Shown: in pieces, positions 29,951 through 36,773 of the stretch
How positions within the stretch are numbered: the first letter of the stretch is position 1
Layout of the letters: every line of letters begins with the position of its first letter
Assembly: GCA_964446095.1 (NCBI GenBank)
Contig: CAYUNB010000001.1
Coordinates: 1 to 36,773 of the forward strand
Reading direction: 5' to 3'
From: an uncultured Candidatus Saccharibacteria bacterium
GTDB lineage: Bacteria > Patescibacteriota > Minisyncoccia > Phycocordibacterales > UBA12445
DNA length: 36,773 nt
Position numbers and translations under genes: made by a program
Notes under the pieces: model-generated
What the model was told of the DNA's origin: nothing
Databases searched by the model: none
What the model saw: only the letters and a program-made list of their open reading frames with translations

Positions 29951-30676
29951 TTATTTCTTAATTCCCAGGAAGTGCTTGAGGGTGTAGATCCAGTCCTCTT
30001 CGTCCTTGTCTGACTCCAGCTTCGTCTTCAAGAGCCACTCGAGATAGCCGCGGTCCTCCTTCAACACATCGACGACGAGCTTGTCCTTGTGCTTGCCGAA
30101 GGTGATCTTCTTGATGATCGAGGGTCTATTGGAGATCTCAATCATCTCTTCAATAGCCTTGTCCCTGTCCGGAATCGTCTCCATCATCTTAGCCAAGAGC
30201 CGCTCGAAGAGGGCATGGAGCACTGCTACATCACCCTTGGCGTCATGCGCCTCGGCCTCGACTTCGAGCCCGAGATAGTAGCGCAAGAACTGCAGACGAT
30301 GGTTCGGCAGAGAGTTGTTGCTATCCAGGTGCCTAGCTACCTTCAGGGTGCAGATCTTCCTCGGGACCACGACGCCTTCATTGTTCAAAATGGCGCAATC
30401 GAAGGGAGCGTTATGAGCCACAAGTACATGATCCTGCAGAATCGTATCAAGCTCCTTGTGCATCGAACTGCCCCGGAAGGCGGGCTTGTCGGCCACCGTC
30501 TTGTCAGTGATGTGCGTGATCTCCGAGGCCTCCGGCGGGATCGGGATCGGCGGCTTGAAATACTCCGACCTCACCTTATCACCGACTCTGTAGCAGAGCT
30601 GGCAAAGGCGATCCTTCTTCGGTTCATTGCCCGTCGTCTCGGTGTCTAGAAATACAAGCTTCATGGATTTCTTCAA
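29951..30676 (-). CDS. DEDDh 3'-5' exonuclease (DnaQ/epsilon-like) with a C-terminal DUF3820-like extension
   Basis: The Exo motifs are LVFLDTETTG (Exo I), LVAHNAPFDCAIL (Exo II) and HDAKGDVAVL (Exo III). The C-terminal part reads ITFGKHKDKLVVDVLKEDRGYLEWLL. The TTG start has GGGAGG 5 nt upstream. Confidence 0.85.
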   Translation of the reverse strand: MKKSMKLVFLDTETTGNEPKKDRLCQLCYRVGDKVRSEYFKPPIPIPPEASEITHITDKTVADKPAFRGSSMHKELDTILQDHVLVAHNAPFDCAILNNEGVVVPRKICTLKVARHLDSNNSLPNHRLQFLRYYLGLEVEAEAHDAKGDVAVLHALFERLLAKMMETIPDRDKAIEEMIEISNRPSIIKKITFGKHKDKLVVDVLKEDRGYLEWLLKTKLESDKDEEDWIYTLKHFLGIKK

Positions 30677-30748
30677 ATATACCTCCCTATCCGGGATTAA
30701 AATAATATATAAAGTCTAGATAGTCAAGTTAAAATTAATGTTAAATTA

Positions 30749-30868
30749 GAACTTTCAAACTTGGATGCAGAACGCGGAAGAAACGAGGCTTACGAGGAAG
30801 ATGTACTAACAGTACATTGAGGAGTAACCGGAGTTTCTGACAATGTTATGCGCCAAGCTTGAGAGTTC
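30749..30868. ncRNA. Unclassified structured element, copy 2 (homolog of 7204..7324)
   Basis: The outer helix is 30749-30764 with 30853-30868 (16 positions, one G-U and one A-C). The inner helix is 30779-30784 with 30833-30838. The hairpin is 30801-30807 with 30811-30817. It abuts the stop codon of the DUF1761 gene. Confidence 0.55.
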
Positions 30869-31281
30869 TAACGCCAGACTCCGAGCACAAGACCAAATAC
30901 AACGAATAGAGTAAGCTGGTAGCCTGTCTGAATCAGAAAGCGCGACCAGGCCAGATGTTTCTTTTCGTTATTCCACATCGAGGCACCGGCAGTCGTCGGC
31001 AGTACGAAGCCGGCCCAGAGCCAGAGCGCGTGGCCCATAGCGCTGCCGACATTCAAAATTGATAAGTAGTACGCCAGCACCCACGCCTGGAAGAGCGTCA
31101 GTAGGAACTGAACCAAATAGAGCGGGCCAGCGGCCTTCCGCATCTCCTCCCGAGCCTTAGCATCATGCATGTCTGCGCCGATAATCTCCGCCCACTTCTT
31201 ACCAAAAAGGGTCCCGTACCAGACCATGCCGAGAATCATCGACAATACTCCGCAAGCTAAGACTGCCCAATAGTTGATCAT
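30868..31281 (-). CDS. DUF1761-family membrane protein
   Basis: MINYWAVLACGVLSMILGMVWYGTLFGKKWAEIIG and four TM segments are typical of DUF1761. Confidence 0.7.
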   Translation of the reverse strand: MINYWAVLACGVLSMILGMVWYGTLFGKKWAEIIGADMHDAKAREEMRKAAGPLYLVQFLLTLFQAWVLAYYLSILNVGSAMGHALWLWAGFVLPTTAGASMWNNEKKHLAWSRFLIQTGYQLTLFVVFGLVLGVWR

Positions 31282-31362
31282 CGTCTTATTATAAATTTAT
31301 AACTTATAAATAGCCGCTACATTATAGCGTTTCCGGGCTCGCCCTGACCAGCATTAATATGC

Positions 31363-31390
31363 TTGACAAAAATAATAGGTATGCTATACT
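31363..31390 (+). promoter_or_regulatory. Promoter of the cold-shock protein gene
   Basis: TTGACA (31363-31368), 16 nt, TATACT (31385-31390). It would give a 5' UTR of roughly 85 nt, as is usual for csp genes. Confidence 0.65.
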
Positions 31391-31480
31391 TGACTGACAA
31401 AGAGGTTGGTTCTCATAAAAACAGTCGAATTTTTAGGTATCCATAAATCTTTTGTAATTTAAAAGTTATTGAACTAATCA

Positions 31481-31681
31481 ATGACAGGAACAATCAAGAA
31501 GTTGGTTTCTGACAAGGGTTTCGGTTTCATCGCTGCTGAGGGCTTGGCAAAGGATCTTTTCTTCCATGCTAACTCTCTCAATGGTGTTACCTTCCCTGAC
31601 CTTCGCGAGGGCGACACAGTCTCCTTCGAGATGGAAGAGACCCCTAAGGGCCCTGCTGCTGCTAACGTACAGCGAGCCTAA
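31481..31681 (+). CDS. Cold-shock protein (CspA family)
   Basis: GTIKKLVSDKGFGFIAAEG..DLFFHANSL carries the RNP1 (KGFGFI) and RNP2-like motifs. The product is 66 aa. Confidence 0.95.
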   Translation: MTGTIKKLVSDKGFGFIAAEGLAKDLFFHANSLNGVTFPDLREGDTVSFEMEETPKGPAAANVQRA

Positions 31682-31691
31682 AAAAAATAAA

Positions 31692-31726
31692 AACTCCCGA
31701 GCCGCAAGGCCCGGGAGTTTTTATTT
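31692..31726. terminator. Bidirectional intrinsic terminator with a GCAA tetraloop
   Basis: AACTCCCG (31692-31699) pairs with CGGGAGTT (31712-31719). The inner part is GCC-GCAA-GGC. TTTTTATTTT follows. Confidence 0.8.
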
Positions 31727-31733
31727 TCCTCGA

Positions 31734-31958
31734 TTAAGACTTGGCTCGGCAGACGAAGACGTACGCCACGCTGATTATGATGAAGATCGGCGCGAAGGCG
31801 ATCAGCGTGTCGCTCCCGGAGTTGGAGTTCATGTCCGCATACTGGAACCAGTACCAGAGCGAGGCGATGTAGCCGAGGGAGAGCAGAAAACCCTCGGTAC
31901 TGACCGGACAGTAGCCGTACCAGCGCTTCTCAAACCAGATCTCTTTTTTATTTTTCAT
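31734..31958 (-). CDS. Small hypothetical membrane protein
   Basis: It has two hydrophobic segments (FLLSLGYIASLWYWF and LIAFAPIFIIISVAYVFV). It overlaps the 3' end of the upstream MGMT-like gene by 11 nt. Confidence 0.45.
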   Translation of the reverse strand: MKNKKEIWFEKRWYGYCPVSTEGFLLSLGYIASLWYWFQYADMNSNSGSDTLIAFAPIFIIISVAYVFVCRAKS

Positions 31959-32202
31959 TTTTCTCTTTATTAAGAATTTTAATTTTATTGGCTGCTCCCC
32001 TATTGTATCCGCCTGAGGCCCCGTCGGAGCGGATCACTCGATGGCAAGGAATTTTAGGATCGTAATTCTTGTTTAGGATATTACCGACTGCCCTGTATGC
32101 CATCGGCCGCCCAGCTCTCTCTGCCACTTGTTTGTAGGTGAGAGTTTCGCCCTTCGGTATCTGCTGGACAACTGTCCAGATTTTTTCCTTAAAACTCTCC
32201 AC
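31948..32202 (-). CDS. MGMT-family protein (methylated-DNA-protein-cysteine methyltransferase DNA-binding domain only)
   Basis: IPKGETLTYKQVAERAGRPMAYRAVGNIL..IPCHRVIRSDGASGGY contains the PCHRV active-site motif. The product is 84 aa. Confidence 0.8.
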   Translation of the reverse strand: MESFKEKIWTVVQQIPKGETLTYKQVAERAGRPMAYRAVGNILNKNYDPKIPCHRVIRSDGASGGYNRGAANKIKILNKEKNEK

Positions 32203-32468
32203 TATTTTTTATGAACCATATTCCAGACCAAAGCTCCGATATAGCCCAGAACGCAGCCGACAGTGAAGGTGAAGGCGACGAGCTCGATCATCGTGCCGAA
32301 GTCGAAGGGCAGGACATTGATGTAGGGGCTGATCATATGGAGAGAAAAGATGAAGTCGAGTATCGGCTGGGCGACGCCGAGCGCGATAAGAATCGACCAA
32401 GCAAGATGGAAGCCTCCGAGGAGCAAACCTGTGGCGAGAGCAACCTTGCTAGGATTTAATTTATTCAT
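32202..32468 (-). CDS. Small hypothetical membrane protein
   Basis: It has three hydrophobic segments. Its 3' end overlaps the start of the downstream MGMT-like gene by 1 nt. Confidence 0.5.
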   Translation of the reverse strand: MNKLNPSKVALATGLLLGGFHLAWSILIALGVAQPILDFIFSLHMISPYINVLPFDFGTMIELVAFTFTVGCVLGYIGALVWNMVHKK

Positions 32469-32557
32469 GAGATATTTTTTAAATAATAATCTTAATTATA
32501 CTATTGACGCCCCCTCGATGTCTAAGATAACCTGGGGAAGAAAGGGGTTGAAATAAG

Positions 32558-33010
32558 ATGAGTTTGAAACGCCTGGTGGGTATCGCCATCAAGAAAGGCA
32601 CGCGCCAACCAATGGAGAGAGTGGAGTCGGCTCTGGTCACAACCGAAGCCGGAGTCGCTGGAGATTATAAAGGCAGCAAGTCAAAAAATAGACAAGTAAC
32701 GGTTCTCTCGAGCTTCCATTGGCTAGCTGTTTGCCAAGAACTCGGCATCAGTCTGCCTTGGACAGAGCGCCGAGCGAATCTCCTGCTCTCTGGCTTCTTG
32801 AAGTTCGGACCGGAGTTGGTGGGCAAGCATATCCATATCGGGAAAGAAGTTGTCTTGGAGATCACTGGAGAGACCTTCGCCTGCGGCAGGATGGAGGAGA
32901 TTAAGCCGGGGCTCAAGGATGCTTTAGATAAAGAGTGGCGAGGCGGAGTAACTTGCAAGGTTCTCCATGGAGGCGTGATCAAATTCGAAGATGAGTACAT
33001 AATAAAGTAG
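32558..33010 (+). CDS. MOSC domain-containing protein
   Basis: AGVAGDYKGSKSKNRQVTVLS..RANLLLSG..IHIGKEVVLEITGETFACGRM follows the MOSC pattern, including the conserved Cys. Confidence 0.8.
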   Translation: MSLKRLVGIAIKKGTRQPMERVESALVTTEAGVAGDYKGSKSKNRQVTVLSSFHWLAVCQELGISLPWTERRANLLLSGFLKFGPELVGKHIHIGKEVVLEITGETFACGRMEEIKPGLKDALDKEWRGGVTCKVLHGGVIKFEDEYIIK

Positions 33011-33018
33011 CAGAGAGC

Positions 33019-33042
33019 TGCCCTGGGAAACTGGGGCTTTTT
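33019..33042 (+). terminator. Intrinsic terminator with a GAAA tetraloop
   Basis: GCCCTGG (33019-33025) pairs with CTGGGGC (33030-33036), including two G-U pairs. TTTTTT follows. Confidence 0.65.
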
Positions 33043-33096
33043 TATATGCTAAATTAATAGGCAATAGTCTCTAGCGGTGATAAAATTAGCACATAT

Positions 33097-33810
33097 ATGA
33101 GTCCAGACAATATTCTGGAAGTACAGAGACTAACCGTCGAGTTCGAAGACGGCATTGCCCTTTCCGATGTGAGCTTCAATCTCAAGCAGGCTGAGACGCT
33201 GGCAGTGATAGGCCCCAACGGCGCGGGTAAAAGTGTGCTCTTCCGGGCGCTGCTCGGTCTCATACCTTACCAGGGCAAGATCTCATGGAGACCAGCTATT
33301 AAGATTGGCTACGTGCCACAGAAGTTCTATATCGAGCGAGGCTTCCCTCTAAGCGTCGGAGAATTTTTAACTCTAAAAAATAGCCGGGATAAGATAGAAG
33401 AGAGTCTCAAACTGACGGGCCTATCTGATCCAGGTTTCGCTGACATGCAGCTTGGCAACCTCTCCGGCGGAGAGCTCCAGCGAGTTCTCATCGCCTGGGC
33501 CATCGCCGGAAACCCAGACGTACTCCTGCTCGACGAACCTCTTGCCGGCATCGACATCGGCGGAGAAGAGACGATCTACTCACTGATCCACCATATCAGT
33601 AAAACAAATAAGACAACGATCGTGATGATCTCCCATGACCTCGGCGTAGTCTACCGCTATGCTGACCAAGTCCTATGCATCAATCAGAAGCAGATCTGCC
33701 TCGGAACTCCCAATGAAGTGATTACCGACGAAAGTGCCAGGAAACTTTACGGCGAAGCAGCTACCGTACATGTTCATTACGGAGCGCATCATGAAGAAGA
33801 TATAAAATAA
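33097..33810 (+). CDS. Metal (Zn/Mn-type) ABC transporter ATP-binding protein
   Basis: The Walker A motif is GPNGAGKS, the signature is LSGGELQR and the Walker B motif is LLLDEP. It is paired with an ABC-3 permease. Confidence 0.9.
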   Translation: MSPDNILEVQRLTVEFEDGIALSDVSFNLKQAETLAVIGPNGAGKSVLFRALLGLIPYQGKISWRPAIKIGYVPQKFYIERGFPLSVGEFLTLKNSRDKIEESLKLTGLSDPGFADMQLGNLSGGELQRVLIAWAIAGNPDVLLLDEPLAGIDIGGEETIYSLIHHISKTNKTTIVMISHDLGVVYRYADQVLCINQKQICLGTPNEVITDESARKLYGEAATVHVHYGAHHEEDIK

Positions 33811-33811
33811 T

Positions 33812-34594
33812 ATGGACTATTCAAATTCCGCCCTTATTACAACCATAATCACTGCAATCTTCATCGGAGCGGCTACCGGCTACCTGGGAAGCTTCATGAT
33901 CTTGCGGCGCATGTCGCTCGTCGGCGATGCGCTCTCGCACGTCGCACTGCCAGGCCTGGCAGTGGCTATAATGCTCCGGATCAATCCTTTTATCGGGGCG
34001 CTCTCAGCACTCCTCTTAGCTGTACTGGGAATCTGGTACCTCGACAAACACTCTTCCGCACCGACAGAGACGCTCGTCGGCATCTTCTTCACCGCCAGTC
34101 TCTCTGCCGGAATACTTATCACGCAAGAGATAGACCTGCTTGAGTCGCTCTTCGGAGATATTACTAAGGTCACGACAACGGACATGGCAGTGGCGATAAT
34201 GCTCTCTCTGGCGATAGTAGCTATGGTATATAAAATTTCTAAAGCCCTTCTGCTTTCGACGATCTCCAATGACTTGGCCTTGTCCGCAGGCGTTAAGACC
34301 TCGCGCATTAATCTTATTTTCCTTTTGTCAGTCGGCCTGGCGGTCGCTCTCGGCATCAAGATTGCCGGAGCACTTTTAACCGGAGCCTTAGTGATCATAC
34401 CCGCGGCGGCGGCCAAGAACATCTCGGCCGACTTTAAGCAGTTTTCGATATTGAGTTTAATCTTCGGCTCTGCAGTCGGAGCAGTCGGCGTCGCACTGGC
34501 TTATGCATGGAAGCAGCCATCCGGTCCGATCATCGTGCTCATAGGCACAGCGCTATTCATAATCACCTTCATCTTCAGAAGACAACAGGTATAG
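33812..34594 (+). CDS. Metal ABC transporter permease (ABC-3 / ZnuB-MntB-like)
   Basis: The 260-aa polytopic protein contains LGSFMILRRMSLVGDALSHVALPG, which is typical of ABC-3 permeases. Confidence 0.88.
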   Translation: MDYSNSALITTIITAIFIGAATGYLGSFMILRRMSLVGDALSHVALPGLAVAIMLRINPFIGALSALLLAVLGIWYLDKHSSAPTETLVGIFFTASLSAGILITQEIDLLESLFGDITKVTTTDMAVAIMLSLAIVAMVYKISKALLLSTISNDLALSAGVKTSRINLIFLLSVGLAVALGIKIAGALLTGALVIIPAAAAKNISADFKQFSILSLIFGSAVGAVGVALAYAWKQPSGPIIVLIGTALFIITFIFRRQQV

Positions 34595-34982
34595 AAATCT
34601 GCTCGTCATTCTGCGGCAGTCCGGAAGGGTTGTCCTTTTTAAGAATAAGCAAACCGCTAGCTGTAGGCGGCTTCTGGAACCTCAAGCTCGCCTCGAAAGG
34701 CACGAAACTCGTCGTCATCCAGTCACTCTTCGCATCGGCATGGGTACGCGCGATAATATTTCCTGCATTATCCAGAAGCTCGATCGGGAAGCTAGCTTCG
34801 AAGAACCAGTTGCCTTTCGCCTGGCCGGTGATCTTAAGTGGCGATGAAACACGCTCGCCAGGCTTAGGCAGATCAACGATTATATTCTGATTTTGAGCTG
34901 GTGAATGTGGCGCCGATTCGTACCAGAACCCCACAGCAGCCACCGCTGTTAAAGTTAAAAATAAAATTCCAATTCTCTTCAC
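34575..34982 (-). CDS. Gmad2-like immunoglobulin-fold secreted protein
   Basis: After a signal/anchor segment comes VSSPLKITGQAKGNWFFEASFPIELLDNAGNII..DWMTTSFVPFEASL, the Gmad2 pattern. Confidence 0.6.
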   Translation of the reverse strand: MKRIGILFLTLTAVAAVGFWYESAPHSPAQNQNIIVDLPKPGERVSSPLKITGQAKGNWFFEASFPIELLDNAGNIIARTHADAKSDWMTTSFVPFEASLRFQKPPTASGLLILKKDNPSGLPQNDEQISIPVVF

Positions 34983-35596
34983 TATTTTATACTGGCTAAT
35001 CTTTTAATAATCCTGAAATCTTTTATGAGAGTCTCCTTCTGGTTGCGATCATAGATAGCAACGGCCGGGTGGTAGAGCGCGACGACCGAGATCTTGCCGT
35101 AAGGCGCTTCGGCTTCAAAGGCCTTGCCATGAGCCTGGCTGATCTGCTCGAGTTTAGACTCCAAACCGAAATGCTTCATGATATATTCCATCGAGTGCCG
35201 ACCGAGCGCAGCCACCACCTTCGGCTCAATGATAGCGATCTGCCGGTCGAGGAACGGCGCATAGAGAGCCTTCTCTTCCGGAGTCGGATCGCGATTCTCC
35301 GGCGGACGATCCTTAACTATATTAGTGATATACACATCCTGGCGAGCAAGGCCGGCAGACTTGAGCAGCTCGTCGAGGACCTTGCCTGAAGCCCCGCAGA
35401 AAGGCCGACCCTGCAGGGCCTCGTTCCTGCCTGGCGCTTCGCCGACGAACATGATTTTTGCGAAGTGGCTCCCCTCGCCTATGACCGGGAAATATTTATT
35501 CTCCGTACGGAATTTATACAAAGGCGACTTCTTGAAATTCAAGAGTTCATCTTTGATCTTCTTCAGTGCATCGTGGCGCTCTTCAGCAGATGTCAT
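34982..35596 (-). CDS. Uracil-DNA glycosylase, family 4
   Basis: FVGEAPGRNEALQGRPFCGASGKVLDELL and the C-terminal HPA.. motif. Confidence 0.88.
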   Translation of the reverse strand: MTSAEERHDALKKIKDELLNFKKSPLYKFRTENKYFPVIGEGSHFAKIMFVGEAPGRNEALQGRPFCGASGKVLDELLKSAGLARQDVYITNIVKDRPPENRDPTPEEKALYAPFLDRQIAIIEPKVVAALGRHSMEYIMKHFGLESKLEQISQAHGKAFEAEAPYGKISVVALYHPAVAIYDRNQKETLIKDFRIIKRLASIK

Positions 35597-35610
35597 GCGA
35601 CTATTATATC

Positions 35611-36773
35611 CTAGAAAAAGTTCCTGATGTATCGGAGGCCTGCCGACGGAAGCTCTATAATCTTCTGGAAGATCGACTTAGACGGCTCGATAATCTGTAC
35701 AGATGAGACTGATGGAATCCTTACGCTGGGCTCAATCTCTTCTTTAGAATTATTCAGGTGTGACACCGCGACTGTAACTATTGGCTTAGCAGCCGAGATC
35801 TTCGCCGAGCTTTGTGCATCAAGTTCGCGCCGAGCTTCAAGCAGCCTGGCTTCGGCGCTCGCTAACGCGGCCACCACATCTGCAGATGCTATAGGGGCTG
35901 CGGTTACAGAGCTTGAAGTGGCGACTGACGGACTGAATGTTGAAACAGTTTCTCTAGCTGGCGAAACAAGCTTGAGGCTAGATAAGTCGCCGCCTAAACC
36001 CGTAACCAACTTGGGGAATATGACTTCGTGGTTCGGCAGAATGATAGTATCTTCTGGAATGGTGAAGGTCAGCCTTCGCGACACAAGCTGCCACTGACCT
36101 ACATTGGCCTCATAAGCCGATTGGTTGTAAATCTTAACAGCATCAGAAGTGAAGGCGGTTATAGCCAAGTCTGCCGGCACGACTCTGACATTAGCGCGAG
36201 CGACATAGCTGTCTGCGTTCTTCAGCACATTCATGACTACCACATAGTCGCCAGGGTAGAGATATGCATGCACAGCCAGCTTGCCAGTTGCAGTCTGTCC
36301 GTCTCCAAATGACCAAGACACATTGCCGCCGTCGAGATCTTCGCGGCTGCTATTGAAGAGCTTCTCCTCGAAGCTGACGGGGCCGCCAACCATCGCAAGC
36401 CTGTTGCGCCCAGCGCTGGCGAAGATCTTAACCTCTGGCGGTAGACTGCTTAAATCCGCAGGACTGGCATGAGCCGAGAGGCCGCTGAAGTCCGGCTCGG
36501 ACGTAGCATCCCCAGAAGTGATGTCGGCAGAACCATTGCCAGAACTATTAGCACCGAGAGCAACAGATGCATTAGCGGCTCGCGGGGTGCCAGTAGCAGT
36601 GACCCAGGCACTGCCTGTCCACTGCATAGTCTGCTTGGTGGCAGAGTCGCCTGCTGGCCAACCGGTCGAAGCATCGAGCGAGTCGAGAGTATCTCCTGAA
36701 GCAGATTTCAAAACCAGAAACTCGCCCGAATTGGAGAGTCCGCTTCCTCCGAAAGAGCCAAGATCGTCAGCGA
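35611..36773 (-). CDS. Secreted protein with a lamin-tail domain and a PKD-like domain (N-terminal end runs off the right edge)
   Basis: The frame stays open from 36711 to the window edge (..GLSNSGEFLVLKSASGDTLDSLDASTGWPAG..GTPRAAN, the end of an LTD). The PKD-type motif is VSWSFGDGQTATGKLAVHAYLYPGDYVVVMNV. The track start, TTG 36711, is an artefact of the window edge. Confidence 0.75.
   Translation of the reverse strand, partial: ADDLGSFGGSGLSNSGEFLVLKSASGDTLDSLDASTGWPAGDSATKQTMQWTGSAWVTATGTPRAANASVALGANSSGNGSADITSGDATSEPDFSGLSAHASPADLSSLPPEVKIFASAGRNRLAMVGGPVSFEEKLFNSSREDLDGGNVSWSFGDGQTATGKLAVHAYLYPGDYVVVMNVLKNADSYVARANVRVVPADLAITAFTSDAVKIYNQSAYEANVGQWQLVSRRLTFTIPEDTIILPNHEVIFPKLVTGLGGDLSSLKLVSPARETVSTFSPSVATSSSVTAAPIASADVVAALASAEARLLEARRELDAQSSAKISAAKPIVTVAVSHLNNSKEEIEPSVRIPSVSSVQIIEPSKSIFQKIIELPSAGLRYIRNFF

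Noticed and set aside
33045-33096. An imperfect inverted repeat GCTAAATTAAT ... ATAAAATTAGC lies upstream of the metal ABC ATPase gene and could be a Zur/MntR-type operator.
   Set aside because: The arms are AT-rich and imperfect, the spacing is unusually long, and I see no match to known Zur or MntR boxes. This cannot be supported without comparative data.
1-36773. I searched for rRNA, tRNA (T-loop GGTTCGAATCC-like motifs), tmRNA, RNase P RNA, CRISPR repeats, transposases, integrases and terminal inverted repeats of IS elements.
   Set aside because: I found none by eye. The only repeated non-coding sequences are the two copies of the structured element and the family of similar terminator hairpins.
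1-36773. A recoded genetic code (UGA as a sense codon, as in some CPR lineages) was considered.
   Set aside because: All conserved proteins (SecA, SecY, the r-proteins, IF-3, Ndk, Map and others) come out full-length in the standard-code ORF track with no in-frame stops. No recoding is needed.

Overview
This 36.8 kb window is dense, mostly minus-strand bacterial chromosome. It looks like a small-genome Patescibacteria/CPR-type organism, which is an inference from three things: no rpmD between rpsE and rplO, short genes, and large lamin-tail-domain surface proteins. The housekeeping content is as follows. (1) A truncated FAD oxidase and an HD/(p)ppGpp-hydrolase-like gene. (2) A secA-DUF2061-mazG-ppa-like operon. 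(3) NUDIX and nfo. (4) infC-rpmI-rplT. (5) A TIGR00725/LOG-like gene and a beta-CASP RNase. (6) ndk, dcd and a P-loop kinase. (7) A truncated spc-type ribosomal cluster, rpsZ-rpsH-rplF-rplR-rpsE-rplO-secY ... adk-map. (8) A csp gene, an MGMT-like gene, a MOSC gene, a metal ABC ATPase and permease, a Gmad2-like gene and a family-4 UDG. Three stretches are not ordinary. First, an 855-bp gene-free, RNA-structure-rich region (6595-7449) contains one copy of a ~120-nt structured element. A second, diverged copy lies at 30749-30868, with compensatory base changes in two helices. Second, a 2.6 kb block of three orphan genes sits between secY and adk. One is visibly AT-rich with EGF-like Cys repeats, and the other two share a domain. 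Third, an accessory island (about 21.99-30.7 kb) starts where the ribosomal cluster breaks upstream of rpsZ. It holds small membrane proteins, a tandem-paralog operon, a phage-like zinc-ribbon gene and a 1096-aa lipase-like/LTD/beta-helix surface protein. A candidate ~150-nt sRNA with its own promoter and terminator lies downstream of ndk. Promoters close to the sigma-70 consensus are readable throughout, and several core genes appear leaderless or have very short leaders without a Shine-Dalgarno site. I found no rRNA, tRNA, CRISPR array, transposase or integrase. All calls rest on reading the sequence and recalling protein-family motifs; no database search was run.
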